In this document: positions 53,611 through 64,000 of the stretch, piece by piece
Layout: each line of letters starts with the position of its first letter
Position numbering within the stretch: the stretch's first letter is position 1
Assembly: GCA_963716725.1 (NCBI GenBank)
Contig: CAVQUB010000030.1
Coordinates: 1-64,000, forward strand
Direction of reading: 5' to 3'
DNA from: an uncultured delta proteobacterium
GTDB taxonomy: Bacteria; Myxococcota_A; Polyangia; Polyangiales; Polyangiaceae
Length of the DNA stretch: 64,000 nt
Translations under genes and position numbers: made by a program
Notes under the pieces: generated by a model
The model's database searches: none
Told to the model about the DNA's origin: nothing
What the model saw: only the letters and a program-made list of their open reading frames with translations

Positions 53611-55110
53611 TCAACTGGCCGCGCACTGCTGGAGAAAGTGTGAGCGTTCTCGGGAGGTCGTCCAGCGCGTGAGCGTCCGGACCACCTCGGCATCGTCTTG
53701 GAGCAGCTTCTCGAACAGGTAGTCCTGGATGCCCTTGTGCACCTGGCACCAGTCGCTCTCTCGCATGCGCCCGTGCAGCGAGCCCTGGGTCTCGTAGTTG
53801 TGCACCGGACAGATGCCGCAGTAGGCCGCGTAGGTGCAGCTCACGCAGTCGGGTTGAGCGTCGAGGTTGGATGCGGCCAGCATGGCTCTCACCGTGTCGT
53901 GCGTCATCAGCTCGCGGTACTTGGCCTCGCCTGCCGTGCCGAGCATGAAGAGGTCGTCGCCCATCTCGTGCAACATGCGCCCCTCGTCGCAGGTGAACAG
54001 GCTGCCGTCGTAGTTGTAGGCGAGCTGACCGATGCCCGCCCCGCAGGGTGATCGGATGTCCAAGAAGTTCGGATCGTCGTCGGTGAGGATCTTGGTCAGA
54101 AAGATCGCCGCGTAGCGCTCGAGGATCTCAGAGCCCGCGGCGTTCTTCTCGAGCATGTAGTCGACGGCCTCCCGATAGAAGTCCAGGTAGCTCCGGCGCG
54201 CGTACTCGATCTTGTGCGAGGTCTCGCTGGCGAAACCGAATGGATCCAGGGGTCGCAAGAACAGCGCTCGACAGCCGAGCTCGAGGTAGGTGTCCACGAT
54301 CTGCCGCGGATGGTCCAATGCTGCGCGCGTGACCGTGATCAAGGCCTCGACGTGGTACAGGGTCGGGTCGAGACCGAGGTCCACGTAGCGCTGATTGATC
54401 GCGCGGATCCAGTGCGCTGCCTTGTCGAAGGCGCTGCCGCCGGCCAAGATCCGCTGCTTGTCGTGCAGCGCGGGCGGCCCGTCGATGCTGGTGCAAATCT
54501 GCACCTTGTGCCGGACCAGGTAGTCGAGGCGCTCGTCGTCCATGAGCGAGAGGTTCGACACCATGGTGAACTCGAGCTCCTTGCCGTAGGCGCGGTTCTT
54601 TGCCAGCGCGTACTCGATGGCGTGCTGCACCACAGGGAAATTCGCCAGCGGCTCGCCGCCCTGAAACTCCAGAGTGATACGCGGGGCCGTGGAGCGCAGA
54701 GCGAGATCCACACACTTCTCGGCCGTCTCCCGCGACATGTCGGTATCCACACGGTCCATCGGGGCGCGACTGGCGTGGCAATACACGCAGGTCGCGTTGC
54801 AGCGAAGGGTCACCACGAGCACGTGCAGGTTGGGCCCGTAGCGCAAGAAGGACTTCTTGTGCCGCAGGCGCTGGGCCAGCGCGTTCGAATCGAGGGAGTC
54901 GACCAAGAAGCCCTTGTCGCGCAGACGGCGCTCCAGCTCGGAGCCGCTCTCGAGCTGGCCCTGCATGAGGCCGGCGAACTCCTGCTCGCTGACGAAGACC
55001 CAGTCGCCGAAGTGGGTGGTGAGCAGCACCGCGGCACCAACTTTCCGATGCCGCACCGGCACCAGGTTGTCCGGTCGCTTCGGGCGTGTCCCCAACTTCG
55101 CGAGCTGCAT
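53611..55110 (-). CDS. hxsB: His-Xaa-Ser system radical SAM maturase HxsB
   Basis: LHVLVVTLRCNATCVYCHAS, EFQGGEPL, TSIDGP..LH, LDIRSPCGAGIGQLAYNYDG..TCDEGRML, C-terminal CVSC..YCG.CP..C (SPASM-like). Confidence 0.88.
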   Translation of the reverse strand: MQLAKLGTRPKRPDNLVPVRHRKVGAAVLLTTHFGDWVFVSEQEFAGLMQGQLESGSELERRLRDKGFLVDSLDSNALAQRLRHKKSFLRYGPNLHVLVVTLRCNATCVYCHASRAPMDRVDTDMSRETAEKCVDLALRSTAPRITLEFQGGEPLANFPVVQHAIEYALAKNRAYGKELEFTMVSNLSLMDDERLDYLVRHKVQICTSIDGPPALHDKQRILAGGSAFDKAAHWIRAINQRYVDLGLDPTLYHVEALITVTRAALDHPRQIVDTYLELGCRALFLRPLDPFGFASETSHKIEYARRSYLDFYREAVDYMLEKNAAGSEILERYAAIFLTKILTDDDPNFLDIRSPCGAGIGQLAYNYDGSLFTCDEGRMLHEMGDDLFMLGTAGEAKYRELMTHDTVRAMLAASNLDAQPDCVSCTYAAYCGICPVHNYETQGSLHGRMRESDWCQVHKGIQDYLFEKLLQDDAEVVRTLTRWTTSRERSHFLQQCAAS

Positions 55111-55141
55111 GGGCACAAGCGTAGCGTGCTAGTGTTCGAAT

Positions 55142-56035
55142 GTGAAAGCCGCGCGACGATTGGATCTCAAGCTCGGCTTCGCCTGCAACAACCGTTGTCT
55201 ATTCTGCGCCCAGGGCGAGAAGCGAACGGAGTGCGCCGCGCGTCCCCCCGAGCAGCTCTTGTCCGAGCTCCGCGCGGCTCGACCTGAGGCCACCGGGCTG
55301 GTGCTCACCGGCGGAGAACCCACGCTCTACAAGAAGCTGGTGCCGCTGGTGCGCGCGGCGAGCCAGCTCGGATTCTCGAGTATCCAACTGCAGACCAACG
55401 GGCGCATGCTGGCGTACCCCGACGTGCTCGCGAGGCTGGTCGAGGCTGGCGTGACCGAGATTTCTCCGTCACTCCACGGACCCACCGCAGAGGTGCACGA
55501 CGCGCTGACCCGAGCTCCGGGCAGCTTCGACGAGACCACCCGCGGCATCGAGAACGCGGTCACGGCCGGGCTTTCCGTCCTCACCAACAGCGTGATCACT
55601 CGAAGCAACGTCGAACTGCTGGGGGAGACCGTCGAGCTGCTGGCGGGCCTCGGCGTACGCTCGGCGCAGCTCGCCTTCGTGCACCCGGTGGGGACGGCGC
55701 TCGAGGAGTTCGACGAGGTCGTGCCGCGCCTCTCGGCGGTGGTGGAGCCGCTTCGGCGTGCGCGCGGCGTTGCTCTCGAGCACGGTGTCCGACTGTGCAC
55801 CGAAGCGATCCCGGTTTGCTTCCTGCGGGGCATGGAGGAGCTCGCAGTGGAGGCGTGCATTCCCCTCACCACCGTCAGCGACCTCGCGGGTCGGCTCGAC
55901 TATTCGGCGTGGCGAGTTGCCGAAGGCAAAGCGCACGGCCCGCCCTGCGAAGCCTGCGCGGCGCGTCCAGGCTGCGAGGGGCCTTGGCGCGAGTATCCGG
56001 AGCGACGTGGGTGGAGCGAGATGCAGCCGCTGTGA
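55142..56035 (+). CDS. Radical SAM protein, HxsC-like
   Basis: DLKLGFACNNRCLFCAQ, LTGGEPT, LQTNGR, SLHG....HD.LT...GSF, C-terminal CEAC..CEGPW..Y; divergent from hxsB. Confidence 0.8.
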   Translation: MKAARRLDLKLGFACNNRCLFCAQGEKRTECAARPPEQLLSELRAARPEATGLVLTGGEPTLYKKLVPLVRAASQLGFSSIQLQTNGRMLAYPDVLARLVEAGVTEISPSLHGPTAEVHDALTRAPGSFDETTRGIENAVTAGLSVLTNSVITRSNVELLGETVELLAGLGVRSAQLAFVHPVGTALEEFDEVVPRLSAVVEPLRRARGVALEHGVRLCTEAIPVCFLRGMEELAVEACIPLTTVSDLAGRLDYSAWRVAEGKAHGPPCEACAARPGCEGPWREYPERRGWSEMQPL

Positions 56036-56048
56036 CCGGGCCGAGCGA

Positions 56049-56942
56049 TCAGAGCATGCTCTTCAGCGTTGTGCCCATGTCGCTCGGCGTTGGGGCGACC
56101 TTCACGCCCGCCGCAATGAGCGCGGCGATCTTGTCTGCCGCGGTGCCCTTGCCGCCGCTGATGATGGCGCCGGCGTGACCCATGCGCTTGCCCTCGGGTG
56201 CGGTGGTGCCCGCAATGAAGCCCGCCACGGGCTTCTTGAAGTGGGCCTTGATGTACTCGGCCGCGTGCTCTTCGGCGGTTCCACCGATCTCGCCGATCAT
56301 GATCACACCCTCGGTGTTCGGATCTTCGTTGAACAGCTTGAGAACATCCACGAAGTCGGTGCCGTTCACCGGATCGCCACCGATGCCGACGCAGGTGCTC
56401 TGGCCGATGCCCAGCGCCGTGAGCTGACCGACGGCCTCGTAGGTGAGGGTGCCCGAACGGCTGACCACGCCGATCTTGCCGGGCTTGTGGATGTGTCCCG
56501 GCATGATGCCGATCTTGCATTCGCCCGGCGTGATCACTCCGGGGCAGTTCGGGCCGACCAGGCGCACGTTTCGGCCTTCGAGCACGCGACGTGCGCGGAT
56601 CATGTCCATCACCGGGATGCCTTCGGTGATGGCGATGACGAGGCGGCAGCCGGCGTCGGCGGCTTCGAGGATCGAGTCCGCGGCTCCGAGGGCTGGAACG
56701 AAGATGCACGACGAGTCGGCGCCGGTCTGCTTCACGGCGTCGGCCATGGTGTCGAAGACCGGGATCTTCACCTTCTTGCCGTCGGGGCCCTCGGCCTCGA
56801 AGGTCTCTCCGCCTCGGCCCGGCGTGCAGCCGGCGACGACCTGGGTGCCGTAGGCGATGCACTGCTTGGCGTGGAAGGAACCGGCCGAGCCGGTGATGCC
56901 CTGGATGACGAGGCGAGTCTGCTTGTTGACGAGGATTGCCAT
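56049..56942 (-). CDS. sucD: Succinate--CoA ligase alpha subunit
   Basis: [41 protein letters not shown]. Confidence 0.98.
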   Translation of the reverse strand: MAILVNKQTRLVIQGITGSAGSFHAKQCIAYGTQVVAGCTPGRGGETFEAEGPDGKKVKIPVFDTMADAVKQTGADSSCIFVPALGAADSILEAADAGCRLVIAITEGIPVMDMIRARRVLEGRNVRLVGPNCPGVITPGECKIGIMPGHIHKPGKIGVVSRSGTLTYEAVGQLTALGIGQSTCVGIGGDPVNGTDFVDVLKLFNEDPNTEGVIMIGEIGGTAEEHAAEYIKAHFKKPVAGFIAGTTAPEGKRMGHAGAIISGGKGTAADKIAALIAAGVKVAPTPSDMGTTLKSML

Positions 56943-56959
56943 GGTTCGTGTGCTTTCGC

Positions 56960-58159
<1,200 letters not shown>

Positions 58160-58283
58160 GACAGGTCGAGCGCGTAGATCGGCGCTCGGCCGGGGGCAAG
58201 CGTTGGCTGGAGACGTTCGCGGGCGAGGTGGAACGCTGCCGCCGGAGCCTGCCTGTCGAGCGCTCCGACGCCAGTGGCAGCCT

Positions 58284-59813
58284 TCAGCGGCAATCTGCGA
58301 GGCACGAGACGCTTTTGCTCTTGCAGTCGCCGTTGCAGTAGAGGTTGCACTCGAGCAGGGTGTCGCAGAACTGCACTTTGCCTTCAGCGAAGGTGTCGTC
58401 GCAGACCGCGCCGATCTGCTGATGGGTGGTGCAGCCCGGGATCAGTTTTCCCCGCACCGCGGAGAGGTCGCTCAGGATCTTCGGGTCCAGGGTTCCCTCG
58501 CACTTCTTGCCCTTCCACGACGTGCTCAACTTCTTCCCGAGACAGGCCGCGATGTGACACTCGGTCGGCGAGGTGCCGAAACAGGCGTACTCGCAGGCCT
58601 CGGTCGGATCCGACAGGCGGCGGGCGTCGTCATTGTCCTTCAAGGCCGCCTCCGTATTGGCGTCGTGGGTTCCGTCGAAGTGCAGGAGTTCGTGAAACGC
58701 GGTCCCCAAGGATTCCGCGTGTGTGGGCGATTCTTTGAACATCTTCGTGTGGAACGCCAGACGGAACTTCTTGTTGTTGTACAGGTTGGCAAAGCCGCGG
58801 TCGTTGAAGGCAATGAAGCCCTGGTCGACATCGGTGCACTCGATCTTCTGCAACTTGTGCGTGAAGATGTTGAGCACTTCGTGCCCCTGAGCGTTCCGTC
58901 CCATCGCAGACAGACACTCGGCGCCCTTGGAAGCGGCGGTTCCGAGCGTCTCCATGAGGCTCTCGCGCTCTGCATCTGAGCAGTCGCGCGTCTGGGAGTC
59001 CTTGGCCGGCTGCTTGCTGTTGAGGTCCTTGACCGGGGGCTTGTCTTTGGGGAATTCGCAGACCGCCTGGCTCACGGGGGCCCAGGTCGTCGTGACCTCC
59101 GGCGCGCCGCCGGTATCGAAGCGCTCGACCTTGATGTCGTAGAACCACTGGTCCGCCGTGAGCGTCACCGTTCGCCGCCACTGCACCCCACCCGCAGTCG
59201 CGTGCACCTCGGCCACCGACTGTTTCTCGTACGCTGAAGTAGTGCGGTACTCGAAGAACTGGTCGGCATTCATGTCCGCGTAGAAGCTCTCGCCGGTGGC
59301 CGAGGGGACCCAAGCCGAGAGCGCACCGGTGTAGGGCGACAGCTGGGTCGGATCGGTGGTCGTCACGACCGCGTAGGGCGGCGAGACGATCCAGACGCTC
59401 TTCACGCTCGTTACGTCGCGGTCCACGAACATGCGCGTGCAGCCTGAGGTGGACAGCGGCAGATCCGTTGCACCTTGAGCAAACTTGTCCCGAGCAGCTC
59501 CGAGCAGCTTCGAGTCTACGGGATCGCCGACGTAGTTCACATCCGACGTGATGCAGATCAACGCCAACTCATCGAGCTTCTCCTTGATGTCCGCTGGCGG
59601 CGCCGGGCCTCCGATCGGACCGCCGGCGCTGCCGCCGGTCCCTCCGGCACCGTAGCCGGCCTCGCCACCCACGCCGTAGCCCGCCTCGCCCCCGAGCCCC
59701 GAGTCCGGACCGAGTCCGGAGCCGCCGGAGTTGGAGCTGCCGCAACCTCCCGCCAAGAGCACCGCCGAAGCGCCGCTGGTCACGACCACGCCCAAGAAAG
59801 CAGAGACCTTCAT
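58284..59813 (-). CDS. Lipoprotein with HEXXH zinc-metalloprotease-like motif and Cys-rich C-terminus
   Basis: LAGGC lipobox, Gly-rich linker, [12 protein letters not shown], many C-terminal Cys. Confidence 0.65.
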   Translation of the reverse strand: MKVSAFLGVVVTSGASAVLLAGGCGSSNSGGSGLGPDSGLGGEAGYGVGGEAGYGAGGTGGSAGGPIGGPAPPADIKEKLDELALICITSDVNYVGDPVDSKLLGAARDKFAQGATDLPLSTSGCTRMFVDRDVTSVKSVWIVSPPYAVVTTTDPTQLSPYTGALSAWVPSATGESFYADMNADQFFEYRTTSAYEKQSVAEVHATAGGVQWRRTVTLTADQWFYDIKVERFDTGGAPEVTTTWAPVSQAVCEFPKDKPPVKDLNSKQPAKDSQTRDCSDAERESLMETLGTAASKGAECLSAMGRNAQGHEVLNIFTHKLQKIECTDVDQGFIAFNDRGFANLYNNKKFRLAFHTKMFKESPTHAESLGTAFHELLHFDGTHDANTEAALKDNDDARRLSDPTEACEYACFGTSPTECHIAACLGKKLSTSWKGKKCEGTLDPKILSDLSAVRGKLIPGCTTHQQIGAVCDDTFAEGKVQFCDTLLECNLYCNGDCKSKSVSCLADCR

Positions 59814-59901
59814 CGCGAGAGGCTAACGCGAGATGGATCCGGCGCGTAGGTCATTTTCGAAGTCGTTCGAGCATGTTCGGCCGACCGTCCGGCGCCTCAT
59901 C

Positions 59902-61329
59902 TCAAACGAACGCGCGTGCCACGTTGAACCGCGTCTCTCGCGCCGAGAGCACACGGCGGATCGCGGCCAGCGGGCGACCCTCCGGGCGGGCGCCGAGATC
60001 GAGTTCGGTGGCGGACGAGAGCGGCTGACCGCGCGCATCGGTCACCACCCGCAAGACCGGCTGCGTGGCGGATCGCGGTGACGAGCCGATCACCACGGCC
60101 CACTCGCCGGAGTCGAGTTCGACCACGCTGCCGGCGGGGATCAGTCCCAGCGTGCGCACCAGGAGCTGGAGCAGGAAGCGATCGGTGGTGCGGTCCGCGG
60201 CCATCGCATCCAGCGCTTCTGCTGGAGAGAGCGCGTCGCGTGCGTCGTGCGGTGCGAGATGGTCGACGAGCTTGCGCACGAACACGAGGATCTCGGCTTG
60301 AGGTAGGGGCTCTTCGCGGAGCTTCGCGCCGGGGTGGGACACGCGGCTCTCGAGCCAGGTCGTCTCGTAGGCGGTCACGGCTCGCTCCGCGCTGTGGGGG
60401 TTGATGCCGCCTGTCGCGACGCAAACCAACGCGGTGACGGCAGGCACCAATGCTTCGTCGCTGTCCGACAGGCCGCCAAGCGGGCTCGGTGAACGCGCTT
60501 CGAGTCGTCGCCGCCCGCTGTCGGCCAAGAGCGCGGTGGTCGCGAGGCGCACCAGGTGCTGGCGCTCGGTCGTGATCTCGCGCGCCAAGAGCGCGGCGAG
60601 GATCGCGGTCTGTACCGAACGGGCGGCGGTGTCACGGTGCGCGGACGCGAGAGCGGAGATTCCCAGCAAAGCCGGGTTCTTCTCTTCGACCAGCATGACC
60701 ATGCGTTGAGCGAGGCGCTTGACTCGATGCGGGACGAGACGGCGCCCCGCCGAGACGTCGTCGTAGAAGCGGCGCATGGCCACCAGCGCGGTGGCGTAGA
60801 AGCGCACCACGCGCTCGGAGGGCAAGTTGGTGTCGTCTTGCCGGCGCTGCAGCAGCGCGGGCTCCACGGCTCTGAGCGAAACGCCCGGGATCTTGGCGTT
60901 CACCAGGGCTTGCCGGCGTTCGGGATCGCGCAAGGCCACGGCCAGCGCTTCACCAAAGGCGTACAGTCCCTCGCTCGTGAGGTGGGGCTCGAAGCTCAGC
61001 TCCGAGACGCCCGCTCGTGCCAAGATCTTCCCGAGCTCGGTCGCGGACTCGTACACGCCTCGCGACGCTCGGAGCAGCTGACCGCACACGAAGATGGTGT
61101 CGTCGGCGAAGGTGACGGTCGCCGCGCTGCCCACTTCGCGGGCGAACGCCGTGAGGGTCTCCAGCGCTCTGGCCATGGACTCCGTCACGGCGTCGTTGTC
61201 CATCTGGTGCACCAAGGCGTTCTTGGCGAGCCGGAAGACGGCCAAGGTGACGTCCGCGCCGCGATCTTGGATCTGCTCCGCCAAGGCGTTGGGGGCCAGG
61301 CTCGGCAAGAGCGGAGCGGCCGCGCTCAA
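59902..61329 (-). CDS. Degenerate HD-GYP-like protein
   Basis: TTG start overlapping the upstream TGA with GGAGG RBS; LLADSG in place of LLHDIG; C-terminal LGLIPAGSVVELDSGEWAVV typical of HD-GYP tails. Confidence 0.7.
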   Translation of the reverse strand: MSAAAPLLPSLAPNALAEQIQDRGADVTLAVFRLAKNALVHQMDNDAVTESMARALETLTAFAREVGSAATVTFADDTIFVCGQLLRASRGVYESATELGKILARAGVSELSFEPHLTSEGLYAFGEALAVALRDPERRQALVNAKIPGVSLRAVEPALLQRRQDDTNLPSERVVRFYATALVAMRRFYDDVSAGRRLVPHRVKRLAQRMVMLVEEKNPALLGISALASAHRDTAARSVQTAILAALLAREITTERQHLVRLATTALLADSGRRRLEARSPSPLGGLSDSDEALVPAVTALVCVATGGINPHSAERAVTAYETTWLESRVSHPGAKLREEPLPQAEILVFVRKLVDHLAPHDARDALSPAEALDAMAADRTTDRFLLQLLVRTLGLIPAGSVVELDSGEWAVVIGSSPRSATQPVLRVVTDARGQPLSSATELDLGARPEGRPLAAIRRVLSARETRFNVARAFV

Positions 61330-64000
61330 GAACCCCTCCGGAAAGCCGCTGAGTCCGACGGGTCGGCGACGCCGTTGCTTGGAAGTGGTGTGGAACTGCT
61401 GCGCGGAGCCGCTGGCTGCAGCGAGAGGCGCACGACCGCCAGCTCGCGGGCGGACACGGCGGAGTTTCGCACGCGTTCGCTGTAGCGAAAGCGCCCGGTG
61501 CACGCATCTTCGAGGGCAGCGAGGGAGTCCCGCGAAGACGCGAGCTGCCCCAGTTGCTCGGCGGCGAGCGCGCGGCTGTCCTCATGGGACCCCAGCGTGA
61601 GCAGCCGCGAGTCCTCGAGGATCTCGACGCAGAGCTCCTCCGCCCGCGCCGGGGCCAGCGCCGCCAGTGAGAAAAGGATCTGCCGGCGCTCTTCCAGCGG
61701 CAGCTTGTCGAAGCCGGCGGATTTGACCCTCATGGCGAGGTACGGACCAGCCGCCCGGATCTGGCGTTCGCGAATGGTTCTGAGGGCCACGTTGCGCACC
61801 TCCGGCGCCGGGTCCTCGATCAGGGCGCGGAGCTCGAGGCGCAAGCGCTCGCTGCCGGCGTCCGCGTGGGACAAGGCCTCGATGCGGAGCACCGCGTGAG
61901 GGCTCTCGGCCGCGCGCAGCATGGCCTCACGCGCAGCGGGGGTGGCCAGGCGTCCGAGGATGCGGACGAGCGCGAGGCCGGGGTCCAGATCCGCTTCGGC
62001 GAAGGCAGCTGCCAGGACCTCTTCGTTGTTTTCGGCGGACCGGGTCAGGTAGGCGTGGACCGCATCGCCGAAAGCCGCCGCACTCCCTTGAACGAAGAGC
62101 TCGAGGACAGCGGGAACGAACGAGCCGTCGGCGACGGCCAGCAGCTCCCGCAAGAGACCGACGACGGCGCCATCGGCGTCGGGCGACGAGGCTTCGGCGA
62201 GAAGCGCCCGCAGCGCCTGATCCGAGACCACTTCTCGAGCCAAGCAGCCGCGCAGCGACGCGGCTTCGCCCGGAGCCTCTCGGTCTTCGAAGGCCGCGAA
62301 GAGGGCGCTCACCAGGCGCACCGCTGAGGAGAGGGACGACGTCGCGAGACCGTCCATGGCGGCGCGCAGTGGCACGCTGACCGCGCTCGCACTGCCAAGC
62401 GCTCGGCCGGCGCGGTAGGCATCGGCGAGGACCGGCACGAAGCGGGCGTCGAGCCGCAGCCGATCGCTGAGCTGCGCGCGCACGACCTGCAGCGTCGCCT
62501 CGTCGAGCTCGAGCGCGTGGCGTAGGTCGCCCTCCGAGGCCAGATCGCGCATCTGGAACGACTCCGCCTGGACCAAGGCCGCGCGGTCGCGGGTCTCGCC
62601 GAGCGTGAGCAAATGGCGAAGTCGTTGTTCGCGAGCTGGCGCTGTCTCTTGGGCCGGACCGCCGCGGGCATCTTGCCAGCACTCCTCCAGTTGAAAGCTC
62701 GCGTCGAAGCGCACGAGAGCGCTGACTTCGTTCGCCGCCTTTTCGAACGCGGCGCGACTGGCCTGCTCGCCCTCGCTGAAGGTGTCGATGGCCTGATACA
62801 CGATGTGCTCGAACCCGGCGTCCCAGAGCACCGTCACGAAGTCGTCGTCGGGGGCGAGATCTCGCACCCTGTCCAGCGTGATGATGCGCAACAGCTCCAT
62901 CACCTCTTGGTGGCGCACGCCCCGCACGAAGCCCAAGAGGCGAAGGCCGTCGGCGAAGAGCTGGTAGGGCACGCGATCGAAGGGCGCTCGGGGTTCCCAG
63001 ACGACGCTGCCCGCGAGCGTGAAGGCGTAGGGTGTGACCCGCCAGACCAAGGCGTCGTCGCTCTGCGCGAGCGCGTGCTCGCAGGCGGACAGCGCTCGCT
63101 CGAATTGGCGGCCGGTCTCCGGGTGGCTCGCGCCGTATTGCTGGCGAGTGAAGAGCGCGTTCTCCAGCTGTCGAAATGCCTCTGCCAGCCCGGCCACGTC
63201 GCCGGACCCCGTGAAGCGCTCGTCGAAGGCGTCGAGGGCGTCGCCGCCGCTCTCCCTGGGCCTTTCTTGCGCAGGATCGGGGTTGGGTGGGGGTGCGCCC
63301 GCCGAGTCGAGTTCGAGCTTTGGGACGCGCGCGCCGGGAGCGGCCGCGGGGCCCCCGGCCGTCGGCGCCGGCACCGACTCGCGTGGCAGCTCCGAGAGCA
63401 CCCGCAGCACGTCGCCGTGCATGGTCGCCGCGTCGTCGAAGCGTTTGCTCCGATCGTAGGCCAGCGCGCGATCGATGCAACGGACCACCGCTAGCGGCGC
63501 GTCGGAATGGCGCGCGAGCGATGGAGCCGGGCGAGAGGCCGCGAGGACCAAGGTCTCGTTGCCGCTCGGCGCTTCGTGCACCACGCGCCCCGTGATCAAG
63601 TTGAACGCAATGGCGCCGATGGCCCAGAGATCCGTCCGCCCGTCCACCTGGGACCATCGGCCCAGCGCCTGTTCGGGCGCCATGAAGGTCGGCGTCCCCA
63701 TCAGCAGCCCGGTTCGCGTACGGCTCTGGCCCTCATCCGCCTCGACCAGGCGAGCGATGCCAAAGTCGAGGACCTTGATCTCACCCTCGCGGGTCAGAAA
63801 GATGTTCTCGGGCTTCAGATCGCGATGCACGATGCCGACCGCGTGGGCCTCCTCCATCACGTCGAGCACCCGCTCGACGAGGCGCATGACCTCGCCGGCG
63901 GGCAGCTTGCCGCCTCGGCGAACCCGAACCTGCTCGAGGGATTCGCCATCGAGTAGCTCCATCACCAAGAAGGGCAGCCCGTCTTCGGTGCAGGCGTCGT
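61326..64000 (-). CDS. Ser/Thr protein kinase fused to HEAT-repeat region, 5'-truncated by window edge
   Basis: PFLVMELLDG, HRDLKPEN, DFGIA, GTPTFMAPEQ, DLWAIG; C-terminal HEAT-like repeats (ESPHAVLRIEAL, DPAPEVRNVAL). Confidence 0.88.
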   Translation of the reverse strand, partial: DACTEDGLPFLVMELLDGESLEQVRVRRGGKLPAGEVMRLVERVLDVMEEAHAVGIVHRDLKPENIFLTREGEIKVLDFGIARLVEADEGQSRTRTGLLMGTPTFMAPEQALGRWSQVDGRTDLWAIGAIAFNLITGRVVHEAPSGNETLVLAASRPAPSLARHSDAPLAVVRCIDRALAYDRSKRFDDAATMHGDVLRVLSELPRESVPAPTAGGPAAAPGARVPKLELDSAGAPPPNPDPAQERPRESGGDALDAFDERFTGSGDVAGLAEAFRQLENALFTRQQYGASHPETGRQFERALSACEHALAQSDDALVWRVTPYAFTLAGSVVWEPRAPFDRVPYQLFADGLRLLGFVRGVRHQEVMELLRIITLDRVRDLAPDDDFVTVLWDAGFEHIVYQAIDTFSEGEQASRAAFEKAANEVSALVRFDASFQLEECWQDARGGPAQETAPAREQRLRHLLTLGETRDRAALVQAESFQMRDLASEGDLRHALELDEATLQVVRAQLSDRLRLDARFVPVLADAYRAGRALGSASAVSVPLRAAMDGLATSSLSSAVRLVSALFAAFEDREAPGEAASLRGCLAREVVSDQALRALLAEASSPDADGAVVGLLRELLAVADGSFVPAVLELFVQGSAAAFGDAVHAYLTRSAENNEEVLAAAFAEADLDPGLALVRILGRLATPAAREAMLRAAESPHAVLRIEALSHADAGSERLRLELRALIEDPAPEVRNVALRTIRERQIRAAGPYLAMRVKSAGFDKLPLEERRQILFSLAALAPARAEELCVEILEDSRLLTLGSHEDSRALAAEQLGQLASSRDSLAALEDACTGRFRYSERVRNSAVSARELAVVRLSLQPAAPRSSSTPLPSNGVADPSDSAAFRRGS

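Noticed and set aside
61320..61503. Possible frameshift joining the kinase and the HD-GYP-like ORF
   Set aside because: A GGAGG RBS and TTG start overlapping the TGA stop explain them as two coupled genes

Overview
High-GC chromosomal segment that looks myxobacterial (Myxococcota, probably Polyangia/Sorangium-like): it has a MYXO-CTERM-tailed enzyme, many Gly-rich or Cys-rich lipoproteins and eukaryote-like Ser/Thr kinases. Housekeeping genes include glyQ, mutS2, Ku and ligD, proS, a metB-like gene, a sulfite/nitrite reductase, dapD-dapE-fdhD, ndk and sucCD. Most notable observations: (1) an apparently intact eukaryote-type bifunctional 6-phosphofructo-2-kinase/fructose-2,6-bisphosphatase lying about 1 kb from a Ser/Thr kinase fused to a cAMP-type cNMP domain; (2) a divergent HxsB plus HxsC-like radical SAM pair with no visible His-Xaa-Ser precursor, placed between sucD and ndk; (3) a compositionally distinct four-lipoprotein operon led by a mosaic serine protease (S1 domain, TSP3 repeats, LDLa-like repeats) and flanked by gene remnants; (4) Ku translationally coupled to a stand-alone Smr gene; (5) an acyl-CoA mutase with isobutyryl-CoA mutase (F/Q) specificity residues. 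Several internally deleted genes and single-base frameshifts are present; the frameshifts may be sequencing errors. No tRNA, rRNA, CRISPR array or transposase was recognised. All family calls come from motifs recognised by eye, not from database searches.
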